Below, one piece after another: positions 27,489-42,941 of a DNA stretch of 64,000 bases. Made by a program: the position numbers and the translations under genes. The number at the start of each line of letters is the position of its first letter. The stretch's first letter is position 1. The stretch is from the human T2T-CHM13v2.0 reference genome, Homo sapiens, in the NCBI RefSeq assembly GCF_009914755.1, contig NC_060928.1; one strand, given 5' to 3'. The notes under the pieces are model-generated. The model had not been told where the DNA came from and searched no databases. It saw nothing but the letters and a program-made list of their open reading frames with translations.

Positions 27489-28252
27489 GTAGAACTACAC
27501 GTACAGCGTCTGTCTGATGTGATCTCAGCGCTCTTCACTGTCTTACAAGTCACCTCAAAGAAAACATGCCCCTTTGAAGCAATCATAGCTCTATCGTGAG
27601 CTCTTAATTGTGTAGTGCATATTTTATCTAGGTTGTGGATAAATCTCACAGTATTTGTTACTGGTTTTTTCTTAAAAAATCACCTTTTAATCTCTCCACT
27701 GCTGCCATTTATGTATGGTATTTCTCAGTTGCGTGAATTATTACATGTTGTGTGCTTATTGTCACTTGGGTTTTTACATTTTTCAGGTTTTATATTTGAA
27801 ACAATAAAGTATTAATGAATATTTTAAGTTTCTATTGATTTTATCTTCTCCCACGACCTTTAAAGGGTGATCTGAAGACTACTCTCCCCTAAAAAAATAA
27901 AATTGTGTCCTTCCCCAAAAAGAATAAATTGGTTTTGTTTTCGTGGTTTGGGGATTTTAGATAATTTCTATAGTCTTTAGAGCTTCAAATGCTTTCTAAA
28001 TGATGGCTTTGACCATTTTGGTGAAAATCTAATCAATGTTATATTAATGAGTAAAGGGATAGAATAAACTCTTGGTGCTTCTTTTTATCTTCTTTCATCC
28101 TCCTTTGCTGCTTTGTGCTTCCCCTCCTTCTTCCTCTCTCTCCCCACCCTCTCTCTCGTAAAGGAAATGTTTCAAATCACAGACCTTAAGAACTACTGTC
28201 TGCTATTGGTAGTGTGATTTTTGACTTAAAACTCTTTCTAAATGCTTACCAG

Positions 28253-28384
28253 GCTCTACACTCCTGAAAGATATCACTCACTCCTGGATGCACTTTGCAT
28301 CAGCCCTGTCTCCAAGCCTTTAGCTTTTTCCTATCTGCAGTCCTCAAGGAAATCAACTGGCTCTATCCATGTTAAGAAAACAAG
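28253..28384 (+). CDS. PDLIM5: PDLIM5 cassette exon, 132 nt, phase 2-2 (LYTPERYHSLLDALCISPVSKPLAFSYLQSSRKSTGSIHVKKT)
   Basis: taccAG|G acceptor, AG|gtactg donor; within ORF 28242..28463; frame continuous with flanking exons. Confidence 0.88.
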
Positions 28385-29119
28385 GTACTGTGGGAGCAGA
28401 TATGGCAAGTGGTGGTTCGCTGTTAAGCATACTGCTTTCTCTAACACTCCACCACTGTATTAACAGGCCAGGTGAGAACATGCTACAGTTCTAGGGATTT
28501 GTGCCCAATTTTGAATGAACTGTAATGTCAGTGGCATGCTAATGCACAAGCACAGTATGTCCTATGATTATTAACTCACCTTTTAACCTTTTGTGACATC
28601 TTTCCTTAGCATACTTGATGTTTGGTGTGCAATTCTGAGTAATTGTGCAAGTATTTAAATTGCAGTAGAATTTCTGTCTTTCATTGCATGGATATAGCTA
28701 TATTAGAATCCTCAAATGTTTGGTAAGACATAGCTTTTAGAAAAATGAAAATGATAATGATCAATTTTGATTGGCTACATATTATAGTTGTTAAATATGA
28801 AGGTTTTGCTTGGAAAAGCAACTTAATTTTCACTGTATTTGGGAAATGCTAAACACCAAAATAGATTTTTCTCCTAAGCTTAAGGATTAAGCCAGAAATT
28901 TTTAGGCATAATATAAAAATAAAACTATCACAAGTGTTTACTAAAGATATAATCTCAATGAAATAACTGTATACAATGATTTTTGACAGAACGTAAAATC
29001 AGTGGCAAAGTGTACAACATATATCAGGCAAAGTGAAAACCTGATATAACTAGGCTGTCTATTGATTAGATGTTTGTATTCTAACCATTCTTATAGAGAT
29101 TTTTCAATATATTTACCTG

Positions 29120-29472
<353 letters not shown>

Positions 29473-30085
29473 TTAAGGGAGGTGTTTAAACAAGGGAGAA
29501 AGATCATAGTACATTTTTCTCTAAGAGAAGACAATACCTGAAATTATATTAGAATATTGTGAGTGTTCATTGAGCAGAAGTCTTTCATTGTCAGGGCTGA
29601 GATTGTACAGAGGCAGGTTACTGACCATGCTTAGAGTACACTTTGAGTACTTGAGTGCACTTAGACCACACTTTTAGGACCCGGTAAGAGCTATAGATCC
29701 TCTCTCCAGAAAAGTGCCTGCGTGCATATACATGCAAAAGTGTGCAAGCATTTATGGACTGACTGTGCTATCTATGGCCCCACCTCTAGAGCGAGTATTA
29801 GTAGTCATCACCATTGCTTCTTATTAACAATAGGACACAGACAAAATATAGTGTGATATTGAGAGAGGGAAATGGTTTCTAAAAAGATAGTCTAGTTGGC
29901 ATTCTGGGGTTTCCTGAGGAGACCCTTGCTAACTTAGTGAGAGGAGTACCCAAAAGACCAGATATATTTTATCTTGTATGACAGTAATCATAAAATGTGT
30001 CAGAGACATTTTGTCTTGATTTTTACTTTTGTGTGATAGTAATCTTTAAAAGTATAAATATAGTATAATAGTTTTTATTTATTTT

Positions 30086-30136
30086 TTTCCATTAAAATAT
30101 ATTTTTCCATTAAAATATATTTCCATTATAATATAT
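30086..30136. repeat. Short tandem repeat, ~3 x TTCCATTA(A/T)AATATAT
   Basis: Direct reading. Confidence 0.8.
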
Positions 30137-31100
30137 ATTAGTATATTATACTTTAAATTTTGGTTTACAAACTCTAAGTTAAAGAATTTTGCTTAGGAAA
30201 ATATTAAAAATTTTCTTCTAAATATAGAATTCTGGAAGGAAAGACACTCATTACCCTCTCTACATGTCCAGGTCTTTTAAAGGCGTTCTGACAGAGGAAT
30301 TCTATAAAATAAACAATTGCTTGTAACTAAGGCCTTTCCAGAAATATTCCTTTCCTGCCATTTCAGAATCTGTATATTAGTATACCATTTTTTGATAAGA
30401 CTTTAGCCAAAAACTGTTTAACTTAAACATTGATAATTAAACCTGTGATGTACAGTTGTCTTTTAAAAAATTTAAACATGTAATTAGATTAAGTTACTCT
30501 GAAAAGTATTCTTCAAGCAGAGTTTTTCCTTTGAAAATGGACTTAAAATTCCCAAGTATTCTTAATCTGTATCTGAGCTTTATTTGTTGCAACAGTTAAA
30601 CAAATGTGGGAAAGGAATGTAAACTCAAGATAAATCAGGTTGCTGACACTGAGGTTAACTTTCTTCCTTTTCGTTTTTCCTCATTAGCTCCATCTTGAAA
30701 ATAAACTTTTGCTCTATTAGTGTACTTGTCTCTATTTTCAGTTTTTGAAAAAATGAAACAAAAACCTTGGTATTCTTAAGATAGAAGTCATATCAATCTA
30801 TTATTTCATTTCAGTCCCTGTTTATTTGGTAGATTAGTGAAAATAACCATATTTTAATATCAGTATCTGTGGTATCAGCCAAGGGTATTTATGGATTTAC
30901 ACCAATTTCCTCATTAGAATTATTTAGAAAACATTTAAATTTTATTTAGGATTTAGTTACACCTTAAATAATTTAAATTTAGAAAAAAATATATTTGAAT
31001 CATTAGTTCAGAAATAAAATAGCAATCTAATTTAAGTAACAATGCTATACTATATTAATACATTAATCATTAGAAGTTTCTTGCTAGTGATTATTGATAA

Positions 31101-31444
<344 letters not shown>

Positions 31445-31469
31445 CAGTCCTTTCATCTTTAGTACAATG

Positions 31470-31599
31470 TTTGTTTTTTTACAGAGACAAGGTCTTGCCG
31501 TGTTGCCCAGGCTGGTCTTGAACTCCTGGGCTCAAGCAGTCCTTCTGTCTTGGTCTCCTAAAGTGCTGGGATTACAGGCATGAACTACTGTGCCCAGCC
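31470..31599 (-). mobile_element. Alu left monomer (FLAM/J)
   Basis: gaactcctgggctcaagcagtcc; single arm. Confidence 0.85.
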
Positions 31600-34018
31600 A
31601 ATACCAAATGTTTATGTATTCTCTTTAAATAGTAGCTAATAGTTAAAATTAGGGAAAAAATGTTAGATTTTTAGGGGATTGGGCATCATATATTCAGATA
31701 TATGATTGTCTAGATAAACCCTAATATTCTTCCATTACAACATTAAATGGTTCAATTAAATTTTATCCTCAGAGAAAATTGAACTTCAGATCAATTCTGG
31801 ATTTAAGCATAAATGGAAAAACTGCCTTGGTAATAACTTAGATTTCTATGAATTCTTTATAGTCTACTCCAAGCCCTTTGTAGCTAAAGAGTACTGTTTA
31901 AGATTTAAACATCTTAGGCCTCTGAGAGAGAACGTATACAAACCTGTGTACAAAAGGTACAATCAAAAATTGAAATTTCTTTAGCTTATATGATACTTAT
32001 TCTGTGGGAACTTTAAGAAGTATTGTGTGTTTTTAAAACTGAATTGAGGAAGCAAGATTTTGTCTGGGGTCAATACCCTGCACCCAAGTGATCCATAGTA
32101 CATTTAGAAGCAAAATTCTTAGTGCAGATGAAGGATGCTTATTTAGTAAATGTACTTATTGCTAATTTTATTATCACCAGACCAGATATTACAGGATGTA
32201 GAAGTAAGAATCCTTTTTATTTCCTGAGCATATACTCTCTGCTGGGCACTGTGCTAAGTAATTTGCATGTATTATCTCATATCTTATTTAATTCTTAACA
32301 GTAATCTTGGGATAAAGGTAGTATTTTTATACCATTTTACAGGTGAGGAAATTTACCAAGTTTAAATAATTTACCCACAGTCACAGTAAAGTCCCCAACC
32401 TCAGGTAGTTTATAATGAAGTGGAGGAGACAAGATGCATAAAGAAGTGACTATTAATAGTAATTTTAAAACAGCTATTACAAATCAGCATAAAATTATAT
32501 GCCATGCAGTTAACGAATGTCCTGAATTAAAAAGAGTGTCTCTACTGCTGGAGGCTTCAATAATTAAACAAAATAATGTATGTTAATTTGAACACAGTGC
32601 ATGATGCGTTATTATATTTACTTCTATTATTATTAATTATGGATAAGATGTGGATGGGTGCAGAGAGAGAGTAGGAAGAGGTACCTCGTATATAGAATCT
32701 GGAAAAAAAAGGTAGAATTGTGGACGACAGTAGGGGTGGCCAGAATATAGTTTGTATAGCATAGTGATAGGAGATAAGATTAGACTGGTAGATTGTAGCT
32801 TTATCTTAGAAGGCTTTGTATGTCATGCTGAAATATAACTGAGCCTTCCACAGGCTAAATGGCTAAATTCGTTGTGCGGCATTCCATCCTCTGCTTAAGT
32901 GGCTTCTGGTGACAGGGCTCTCACAGAAAGCCTCATTAGGAACAGATTTTTTTCCTTTGGAGGATTTTTTTATATTAGGAATCACCTTTTATTGAAGCAA
33001 ATCCATCTCACTGTAGATTTCACTCCTTGAAATTAGGCAAACAATGTAGTTACATAGAGTGAATCTGCAGGTCAGACATTTGAGGATGGCTGTCATGCTT
33101 CTCTAGGTTTTTTCATAACCTGGGCTACTATTACCAGTTCCTTCACCCAAACTATATTAAGCTTGACACTGAATTCCTCTCTTTTAAGTCAGTTTGTCTG
33201 GCAGCTCTCCTGGAATTAAATTTTGATTCTTTCAGATGACTACACATTAAATGGTGATGGATTGGGTTTTGTTATTTCCAGACTATATATTTTTGTTTCA
33301 TCTATAATTCCTAGCATTGCTTGGTCATAATTTTTTTTCTTAGAACCGTGATTATATACATTATTAATTAGTTTTAAAAATCAAATCCGCAAGGGTAATT
33401 TAATCCCAGAATGAAAATGACCTCTATATAAGTATTTCAAAAATCATTTATTTGTAATGAGTAAAAATGTTGAAAATAAGGCTTACTTTTATTATTTGAA
33501 TATGGTAATTATGTAATTATCCTTTTAATATGTTAAGGTTATATTCTGTGCCTTAGAGTATGCTAAGCACTTTATACATAATTATCTTATTTAAGCCTCG
33601 TAGAAATCTTATGAGCAAAATGTTACTCGGTACACTTAAAGTACAGGTAACTGAGGCTTAGAGATGTAAAATAATTTGTCCACCACAGTGCTTTTAAAAG
33701 ATGCTCGTAACCACTATATTGTAATTTCAAACCCTGATTCCATTAATGCTTTTTGTTGTGTTGCCTTTACTGATAATTGTGTTCAATATTCCCATGAGGG
33801 AGGCAGTCTTTGACTTTTTATTTATGATAAAGATTATTAAAGTGCTTAAAGTTTTTTATTGTATAGCGTGTTTTATCATCAAGCAGGTTTTAGTTTTTTA
33901 AGTTAAACTGATCAAAAATAATAAAAGCTGATGGCTCTATGACACTTGCATTTGAGAGAACAAGAATAGGGAGCAATATTTCAAGAAAATCATTCTTACT
34001 GTTTTTCAAAACTGTTTA

Positions 34019-34180
34019 GTGTCAGAGATGCCCCAAGACCACTCCTAGGTTTATTGTTTCGATAGAAGGACTTACAGGATTAGTATATAGTTGCACTCCT
34101 GACTAAGATTTATTATAGCAAAAGAATACACAGCAAGATTAGCAAAGGAAAAAGGTGCATGGGACCAAGTCTGGAGGAAA
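34019..34180. mobile_element. MER21-like LTR fragment
   Basis: tgtcagagatgccccaagaccact...gatttattatagcaaaagaatacacagcaagattagcaaaggaaaaaggtgcatggg. Confidence 0.7.
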
Positions 34181-34183
34181 TGA

Positions 34184-34268
34184 GTCTCGAACTCCTGACC
34201 TCAGGTGATCTGCCAGCCTTGGCCTCCCAAAGTGCTGGGATTACAGGCATGTGCCACTGCACCCAGCC
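34184..34268 (-). mobile_element. Alu 5'-end fragment
   Basis: gtctcgaactcctgacctcaggtgatc...cacccagcc only. Confidence 0.9.
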
Positions 34269-34708
34269 TGAAAGTATTACTTTTAAGAATTGTTATTATA
34301 CTTTACTTGAAAGAAATAACCACTGCTATAGTATTATATCATACCAAAGCATATATTTTATAATTTGGGCTACCTAGAATTATTATTTTTTTTTTGGAAA
34401 TGATGTTATATGTAGTTATAAATCACAAATGACTTGGTAATAAAGGCCATATGATCTTCAAAACCAAACTGGAACTAGCATAGATAAGACCTGCTGTTTA
34501 AACAGGTAACTCTTGGTTGAGAGAAGATAATGGCAGTCTTGTCTCTTTTTTCCCTTTATTATGAATGCATAACACTGGGTGTTCTGTTAGGCAAGGGTTG
34601 TTTCTTGTTTATTGTTTTGTGGCCAGTGCATAGCACAACCAACGTTTGGCATATAGTAGGTGCTTAAATATTTATGAATGAGTGAGTATGTGAGTAGAAG
34701 GAGTAACT

Positions 34709-34852
34709 GGGCTGGGAATGATGGCTCACACCTGTAATCCCAGTGCTTTCGGAAACTGAAGTGGGATGATTGCTTGAGGCCAGGAGTTCAAGACCAGCCT
34801 GAGGAGCATAGTGAGACCCCTGTGTCTACAAAAAAAAAAAAAAAAAAAAAAA
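34709..34852 (+). mobile_element. FLAM-type Alu monomer with poly-A
   Basis: gattgcttgaggccaggagttcaagaccagcc then A-run. Confidence 0.85.
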
Positions 34853-35190
34853 GTAGAAGAAGAAAAAGAGTAACTGGTAAGGGCTGAGGTGTCAGGGAGA
34901 CTTTTATCATTTAAAATGATTAACTGTGTAAATTTTCAGTAGCCTAATTTCTCATGGTAGACCTTTTAGAAAGAATTTTCAAAGTATGAAACAAATGCAA
35001 TCTGACTCCTTTTTCTTTTTTTCAGTTTTAAAGAGAGGCAATCCCTCAGTCATGACTTCAAAGATTTTCTTTTCTAAAGAATTGATTAATCAATGGATTT
35101 TGATTGATTAATGGATTTTGAAAAGAAAGGATTATTGCTGAGTTACGTTGCTACCACTTCACCAAAGATGTTTCTTTATTTCCTTTACAG

Positions 35191-35378
35191 TAACTCTCAG
35201 GAGCCTTCTCCGCAGTTGGCTTCCTCGGTAGCTTCCACACGGAGCATGCCCGAGAGCCTGGACAGCCCAACCTCTGGCAGACCAGGGGTTACCAGCCTCA
35301 CAACTGCAGCTGCCTTCAAGCCTGTAGGATCCACTGGCGTCATCAAGTCACCAAGCTGGCAACGGCCAAACCAAGGAG
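35191..35378 (+). CDS. PDLIM5: PDLIM5 long-isoform exon, 188 nt (NSQEPSPQLASSVASTRSMPESLDSPTSGRPGVTSLTTAAAFKPVGSTGVIKSPSWQRPNQG)
   Basis: tttacAG|T acceptor, G|gtagcc donor; core of ORF 35111..35416; matches PDLIM5. Confidence 0.97.
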
Positions 35379-36552
35379 GTAGCCCAGAGAAATCTCTTGC
35401 GTCTTGCTTTTCGTAATGAGTTTCATTATGAAAATGTGTTCTGGGATATATGGTAGAATTCACTGGTAAAACCCATTCTCAATAACCTAAGATTTAGAAA
35501 GGACTATCAGGATTAAACTATAGCTATTTTTCTCTCTGAGACATCTCATAAACATTCTTTGTGTGTATTTGATACAGTCGCATTTGCTATTCATAATTGT
35601 AGGATTGGGCATTTCCTTGTTTCCCAGAATAGGAAGCATGTGTTAAATTGTAAATTTGGGTCTTATTTAATAACAACTATATTGTTGGAAGGTTATCCTT
35701 GGAAATATAACATTTTAGTTTTGATGATATGTACAAATAACAACCACAGAAACATTTATTGCCATCAAACAATTACTGAAGAAAGCATCTTCCAATTCTT
35801 GTTCTTACAGTTTATGTAGCATAGGGGAAGAAGGACACAGTACTAGAAAGAGCATTTGAGCAGCAGGATGGAACTGCCTGGCCTCAGTTTGGAAACCTGA
35901 GTTCTCATTGACTTCTACAGATTAACAGCTTTAAATAAAGTCACATAACCTCTTTGACACCCTCAGTTTTCTGATCTGCAAAATGAAGAAAGACTAAATC
36001 ATTTCCTATTTCTCCCAACATGAACAAAGTTTATGATTATGTAAAAAAAGTACCCCTTTTAACAGGAAAATGGGACTGTACTTAAATGTTGCTAATCTCA
36101 GACTCAGCCTTCATCTCTTCTCACTCTTTATGCTCTCCCTGGGTGATCTCTCATCCAGGTTCCTTTCATTACTTAGTTATCGATAATTTACAGATCTTTC
36201 TCTCCAACTGAGTGATCTATTTGCCATCTCCTGGTGGCACCTCAAATCCAGTATGTCTGAAAATAACCATTTCCTATCTCTGGGAATTGCACATCCACTC
36301 AGTCACCAAAGCTAGAATGTAGACTTTTAGACCCCACGCCCCACATTCTCACAGTAACTAACATCTAATGGTTTTACTTTTTATTATTTCTCAAATTTCT
36401 TCTCTGTGTCATCAGAGCCATTGCTTTGATTCATGACCTCTTCATTACAAATGACTTCTAATTTCCCTGTCTCCTTTCCCCTCCTTCAGTCTGTCCCCCA
36501 TACCTCCATACTACAGCAAGTGATCTTTCTTTTTTTTCTTTTTTTTTTTTTC

Positions 36553-37188
<636 letters not shown>

Positions 37189-37474
37189 TAACAAATCATT
37201 TAGGACCTTTTATACTTTGGCCCCTACTAACTTCTCAGCCTCATCTCCTGCTTCACCCAATTTATAATCTGTGCTTGGTTGCACTAAACCATCTTCAGTT
37301 TCCAAGACATGGCATACTACCATGCTTTTGAAAGTTCTTACCACTCTGTACAGAATGTACTTCTTCACCTAGCCCTCTAATTTCTAGTCGTTCTTCATCA
37401 GTTTTGAGATGAATGCTGATTGAGTACCCAAGGGGCCACTTTTCACAATGTGATAGCTTTAAGAATTGATCATA

Positions 37475-37740
<266 letters not shown>

Positions 37741-37962
37741 TCACTCATTATTCTTTTAAGAATATTTTTGAGATTTGTAAGAGTGAATTTTTTAGTTAAT
37801 TAAGTAGGAATCCATCTTTGTTTTTGTATTTTTCACAGTGTTTAAATATATTAGATACTAAATAAATTATTTATAAATTATTTTTAGAAAACGTTATTTA
37901 TACAGTCTATTTTATAGTGGCATGTGTTAACATGTCACTAATTTTGCTAAGAAGCTAGAAGT

Positions 37963-38257
37963 GGCTGGGCACAGTGACTCACGCCTATAATCCCAGCACT
38001 TTGGGAGGCTGAGGCGGGCGGATCACGAGGTCAGGAGATCGAGACCATCCTGGAGATCAAGATCACCTGATGGGTAAAACCCTGTCTCTACTAAAAATAA
38101 AAGAAAAGTTAGCCAGGCGTGGTGGTGGGCACCTATAGTCCTAGCTACTCAGGAGGCTGAGGCAGGAGAATCACTTGAACCCAGGAGGCGAAGGTTGCAG
38201 TGAGCCAAGATGGTGCCACTACACTCCAGCCTGGGTGGCAGAGTGAGACTCTGTCTC

Positions 38258-38284
<27 letters not shown>
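37963..38284 (+). mobile_element. Alu (Sc-like), long A tail
   Basis: TSD AAGCTAGAAGT. Confidence 0.95.
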
Positions 38285-38289
<5 letters not shown>

Positions 38290-38379
38290 AAGTATTTCTA
38301 TTGTGTTGGAAAGAGGACAGGCCATGGCATATGAGTTAGACTATTTTAGAGGAAAGACTTTCATTACTTCTAAAAACTT

Positions 38380-38477
38380 AAAACATTTAGTCTAATGTTA
38401 TTAGTCTCTGAAATTTCTGGACTACTAAAAAACACTTAGTCTAATATTATTAGTCTCTGAAATTTCTGGACTATTAA
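38380..38477. repeat. 49-bp tandem duplication
   Basis: 38380-38428 and 38429-38477, 3 mismatches. Confidence 0.92.
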
Positions 38478-38873
38478 CTGACTTACCATGATCTATTCTT
38501 TTGGGGAAAAAATGCTAAGCTCAGCCCCATACATTTTTGAGTTATTTCTATTTATTTAAAGCCTATGTATGATGATGAAGATTTTCTGTAATTACTTTGT
38601 GCATTTGAATACAGAAAGTAATTTTCAGAAAAATGCTATTGGTATGGTAATTGGAAGCTAACAGGAGAATGTTTTGTAAAAAGCAACGAAAAGACTAAAT
38701 TTCTGAGGTAGAAACCGAAGAGAAGGCACAAAGTATATGGACAGTGGAGGACAGAAAGTTTATATACGGCCTTTGGAAGTTCAGAAGTTTATGGTTAAAG
38801 TACTGCTCTGCCTTTTAAGTGGAAAGAAAAAGTTCATTTTTTTGAACTCTTGGCGAATATAGTACAGCAAAAT

Positions 38874-38892
38874 TACCACAAGAGGGCGATGG
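38874..38892 (+). promoter_or_regulatory. Candidate CTCF site
   Basis: taCCACAAGAGGGCGatgg vs core CCASYAGRKGGCR (one mismatch). Confidence 0.6.
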
Positions 38893-39689
38893 AGTGCTTT
38901 CTCCAAGTCTAATGAAATTTGTGAGAATAATCAAAGTAGGCCAATATTAGCAATTATAATAATGAGTCACATGGTTAGTGTTTAAAACATTATGCTTTTT
39001 CTAGAAAATATAAATGAATTTTATATGAGCAAAACTACAGTATAAAACATTATACATTATATAACATTATAAAACAAAATTATAAAAAGAATGTTTTCCT
39101 GTTGTGAAGTCACAGTTGAATTACATCATAATTCTTAGCTCAATTTTGAAAATATTTACTGAGTTCTTATTTATCTTGCTCCAGGTGCTATAAACAGGCA
39201 TTTATTCAGTTATTACGTTGTGGCAAAGTTAACTTATTTTGTACTATTTTGGAAAATTTAAAAATAAAAACAAAATTCCCAGCCACTCAAATTCTTCTGC
39301 CCTACACAATGGTATACCATAGTTTAAAGACAATAACAACAACAAAATCATCTCAGAATGTACTCTTAGTCTTAGATAAATAGTTTCAAAAGCTTCCTGA
39401 TGCAAATGAAAAAGTCTTTTGATTTAGAAGGTGATAGCGGATTCATCATGTGTTTATGCATTCCTGTTTAAATTATGGATAGCAGCTTAGGTAAATTTAG
39501 TTCATTAGATACAAATGTATGTATAAAATATTACTATCTTACAAATGTAATGAAATGTTTTTCACAAATTCAGTCATAAAGTCATGAAGAGCCTTTCTGT
39601 GTTGGAACACATCAGTTTTCTAATTTTAGTTTAATCATATACAAAATGAGAATGAATAATTCATTAGAATATAAGCAATGCTTTGATAG

Positions 39690-40154
<465 letters not shown>

Positions 40155-40299
40155 TCCATTTCTTTAACTATTAAAATAAAGACCTTAAAAGCTTCTTCTA
40201 TAGCATTCTTGTGAAATCAAATGATATAACTAGGCTGCAGATACTTAGAGGATACTCAGAGGTTAACTTTCTATGCCTTTATTCCTTTTCTTGATGGCA

Positions 40300-40880
40300 T
40301 TAATAACTTACATTGTTACTGTCCAAAAACTGGTTCTCATGTGATGTCCCTGCTTGAAAATGTTTGGGGCTGTCTGCTGCCCATGGTCAAAATGCTTAGC
40401 TTCTTAACAGAATTTTTGGTCCCCTTGCAATCTCAGGCCAACCTTCTTCTCCAGCTTCATTTTATAACACTGTTCCCTATAGTCCACTCACACTGAAGTT
40501 CATGAGTTCATATCATTCCTTGGCACACACTTTTCTGCTTTGTACAAGCTGCTCCTTTTATTTGAAATGCTTTTCCATCCCTTCTACTCCTGACAAACTT
40601 CTCTTTACCTTTTAAGACCAGCTTGTTCCCCCTTTGTGAAGCTTTCTTGAGCCCTCTTGTTACCTGTTCTTTTTCAATACTCCTACAAAATTTCAATAAT
40701 GTCTTTGTTATAGCATTCATCCTGTTCATTTTAATTGTTTACATAGGTGTCTTTTACGACTGTTTTTAGATTCCTTTGAGGACAGGGACCAAGTCATACT
40801 GATCTGTTTTACAGCATCTAAACAATGCCTGGCACAGTTTATAGGCCCTCAGTAAATGTCCCCGAGAAAGTGAGTGGGTA
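40300..40880. mobile_element. LINE-2 3' fragment
   Basis: ttcctttgaggacagggacc...aatgcctggcacag...ctcagtaaatgt. Confidence 0.7.
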
Positions 40881-41216
40881 GAGAAGTCAGTTGTCTTATT
40901 TAGGACATCATACGATCTGAAGGATGCAGAATTCATCTGCCAGGATATTGTTCTGTCCTCCTGCCAAACTTGAAATTCCCACAACAGTCATTGAAAAGGT
41001 GGGAGCACTGTCTGCCAAAGGCTGCTATTAGAAAATAAGCATGTTGCTAAGGAGAAGGGAGCTCCACTCTTCTTGAAGCATTTAACTCTCTTCAGAATTA
41101 AGATCGTGAACATGAGCAGTACCATAACTAGTAATACATTATTTATTTTTGGAAATTAAAAAATAATAACAGTTGTAAAGCCCCATGATAGGAATTTTTT
41201 TTTCTCAAAAGTATGA

Positions 41217-41566
<350 letters not shown>

Positions 41567-42644
41567 TTAGGAATGTGGGATCGCCCATTTTGTCATTGTG
41601 GACAAATTAGCTCGGATGCAAAACACCAGTATATAATATAGAAATCATCAAAAAGGTGCAAAGAAGAGTCAAATCAAACTATGAGTCCCAGTTCAGAGGC
41701 ATGGAGGTGTGGATCAGTGGAAAGGGAAGAAAAAGACTTAAAGTTCTGAGGATACAATCTTGAGGTAAAATATGTATTTGTTTATAGTGAAGTCCTATTT
41801 TATGCAGGAACAATATTTTAATGTTTGTGCCTAAAACAAAATAGCATGTAGTCAACGACCCTTGAACATTTTTAGGAAGAGGCCGATTTGGAGAGGGAGC
41901 AACATATGCAAAAACTGAGAGAATTTGGCTTCGGGTAGGAAAGACAAGTAGTTCAGTATGTTTAAGACTGTCTAGTGGCCCAGAGAGAAGGTTGGCTGCA
42001 TTAATGGGGGTTTTGAATGTAAGAGTGTGGACTTGATGCTGAAAGGAAGCTATTAAAACATTTATAAGCCGGAAGTGGCAAAATCAGACTTGCATTATTA
42101 AAAGATTATTATAGCATTAATGTGTTTAAAAGATCATCATGACTTCATTGTAGAGATTAAGGTTGGAGACCTGGAGACCATTTAAGAAGTTATTCAGGTA
42201 ATCCAATCTGGAGATAGATAATGAATATTGCCCTGGGCAGTGGCAGTGTTTTGGAGAGAATTCCCTGGGCAGGGTGACTGCAGGGTATTTACACTTTAAC
42301 CTAACTGGGCTGCTGGTTTTAACCATTGCCCTCTCTGGGAACTTGACTCCCTATAGAGTACCTATGTATCCTCTGTTAAAACACCCGTGGAGGATTGTAT
42401 TCAGTTTATAGCATATTAGAATGCTACCTTCATACTTTCTTTAATTGTGTGTACACACAACTCCCAGTTGAGCCCTGTTTACTCTCATGTCCCTGGTGTT
42501 GACAAGAAATTAGTGGATATTATTAAACGTGTCCATGGAGGCAGGCATTCTACTGAGGAAAATAAAAACATATATTGATATTAGTTGATATGATATTATG
42601 GCGATATACTCAAGGCAGTAGTATTTTATCATTTAATATTAGAC

Positions 42645-42941
<297 letters not shown>

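Noticed and set aside
32830-33230. Possible conserved non-coding element
   Set aside because: Resembles a diverged L3/CR1 fragment; cannot support more from sequence alone
35111-35463. ORFs 35111..35416 and 35197..35463 as whole genes
   Set aside because: Only 35191-35378 is bounded by splice sites; the rest is intron read-through or antisense shadow
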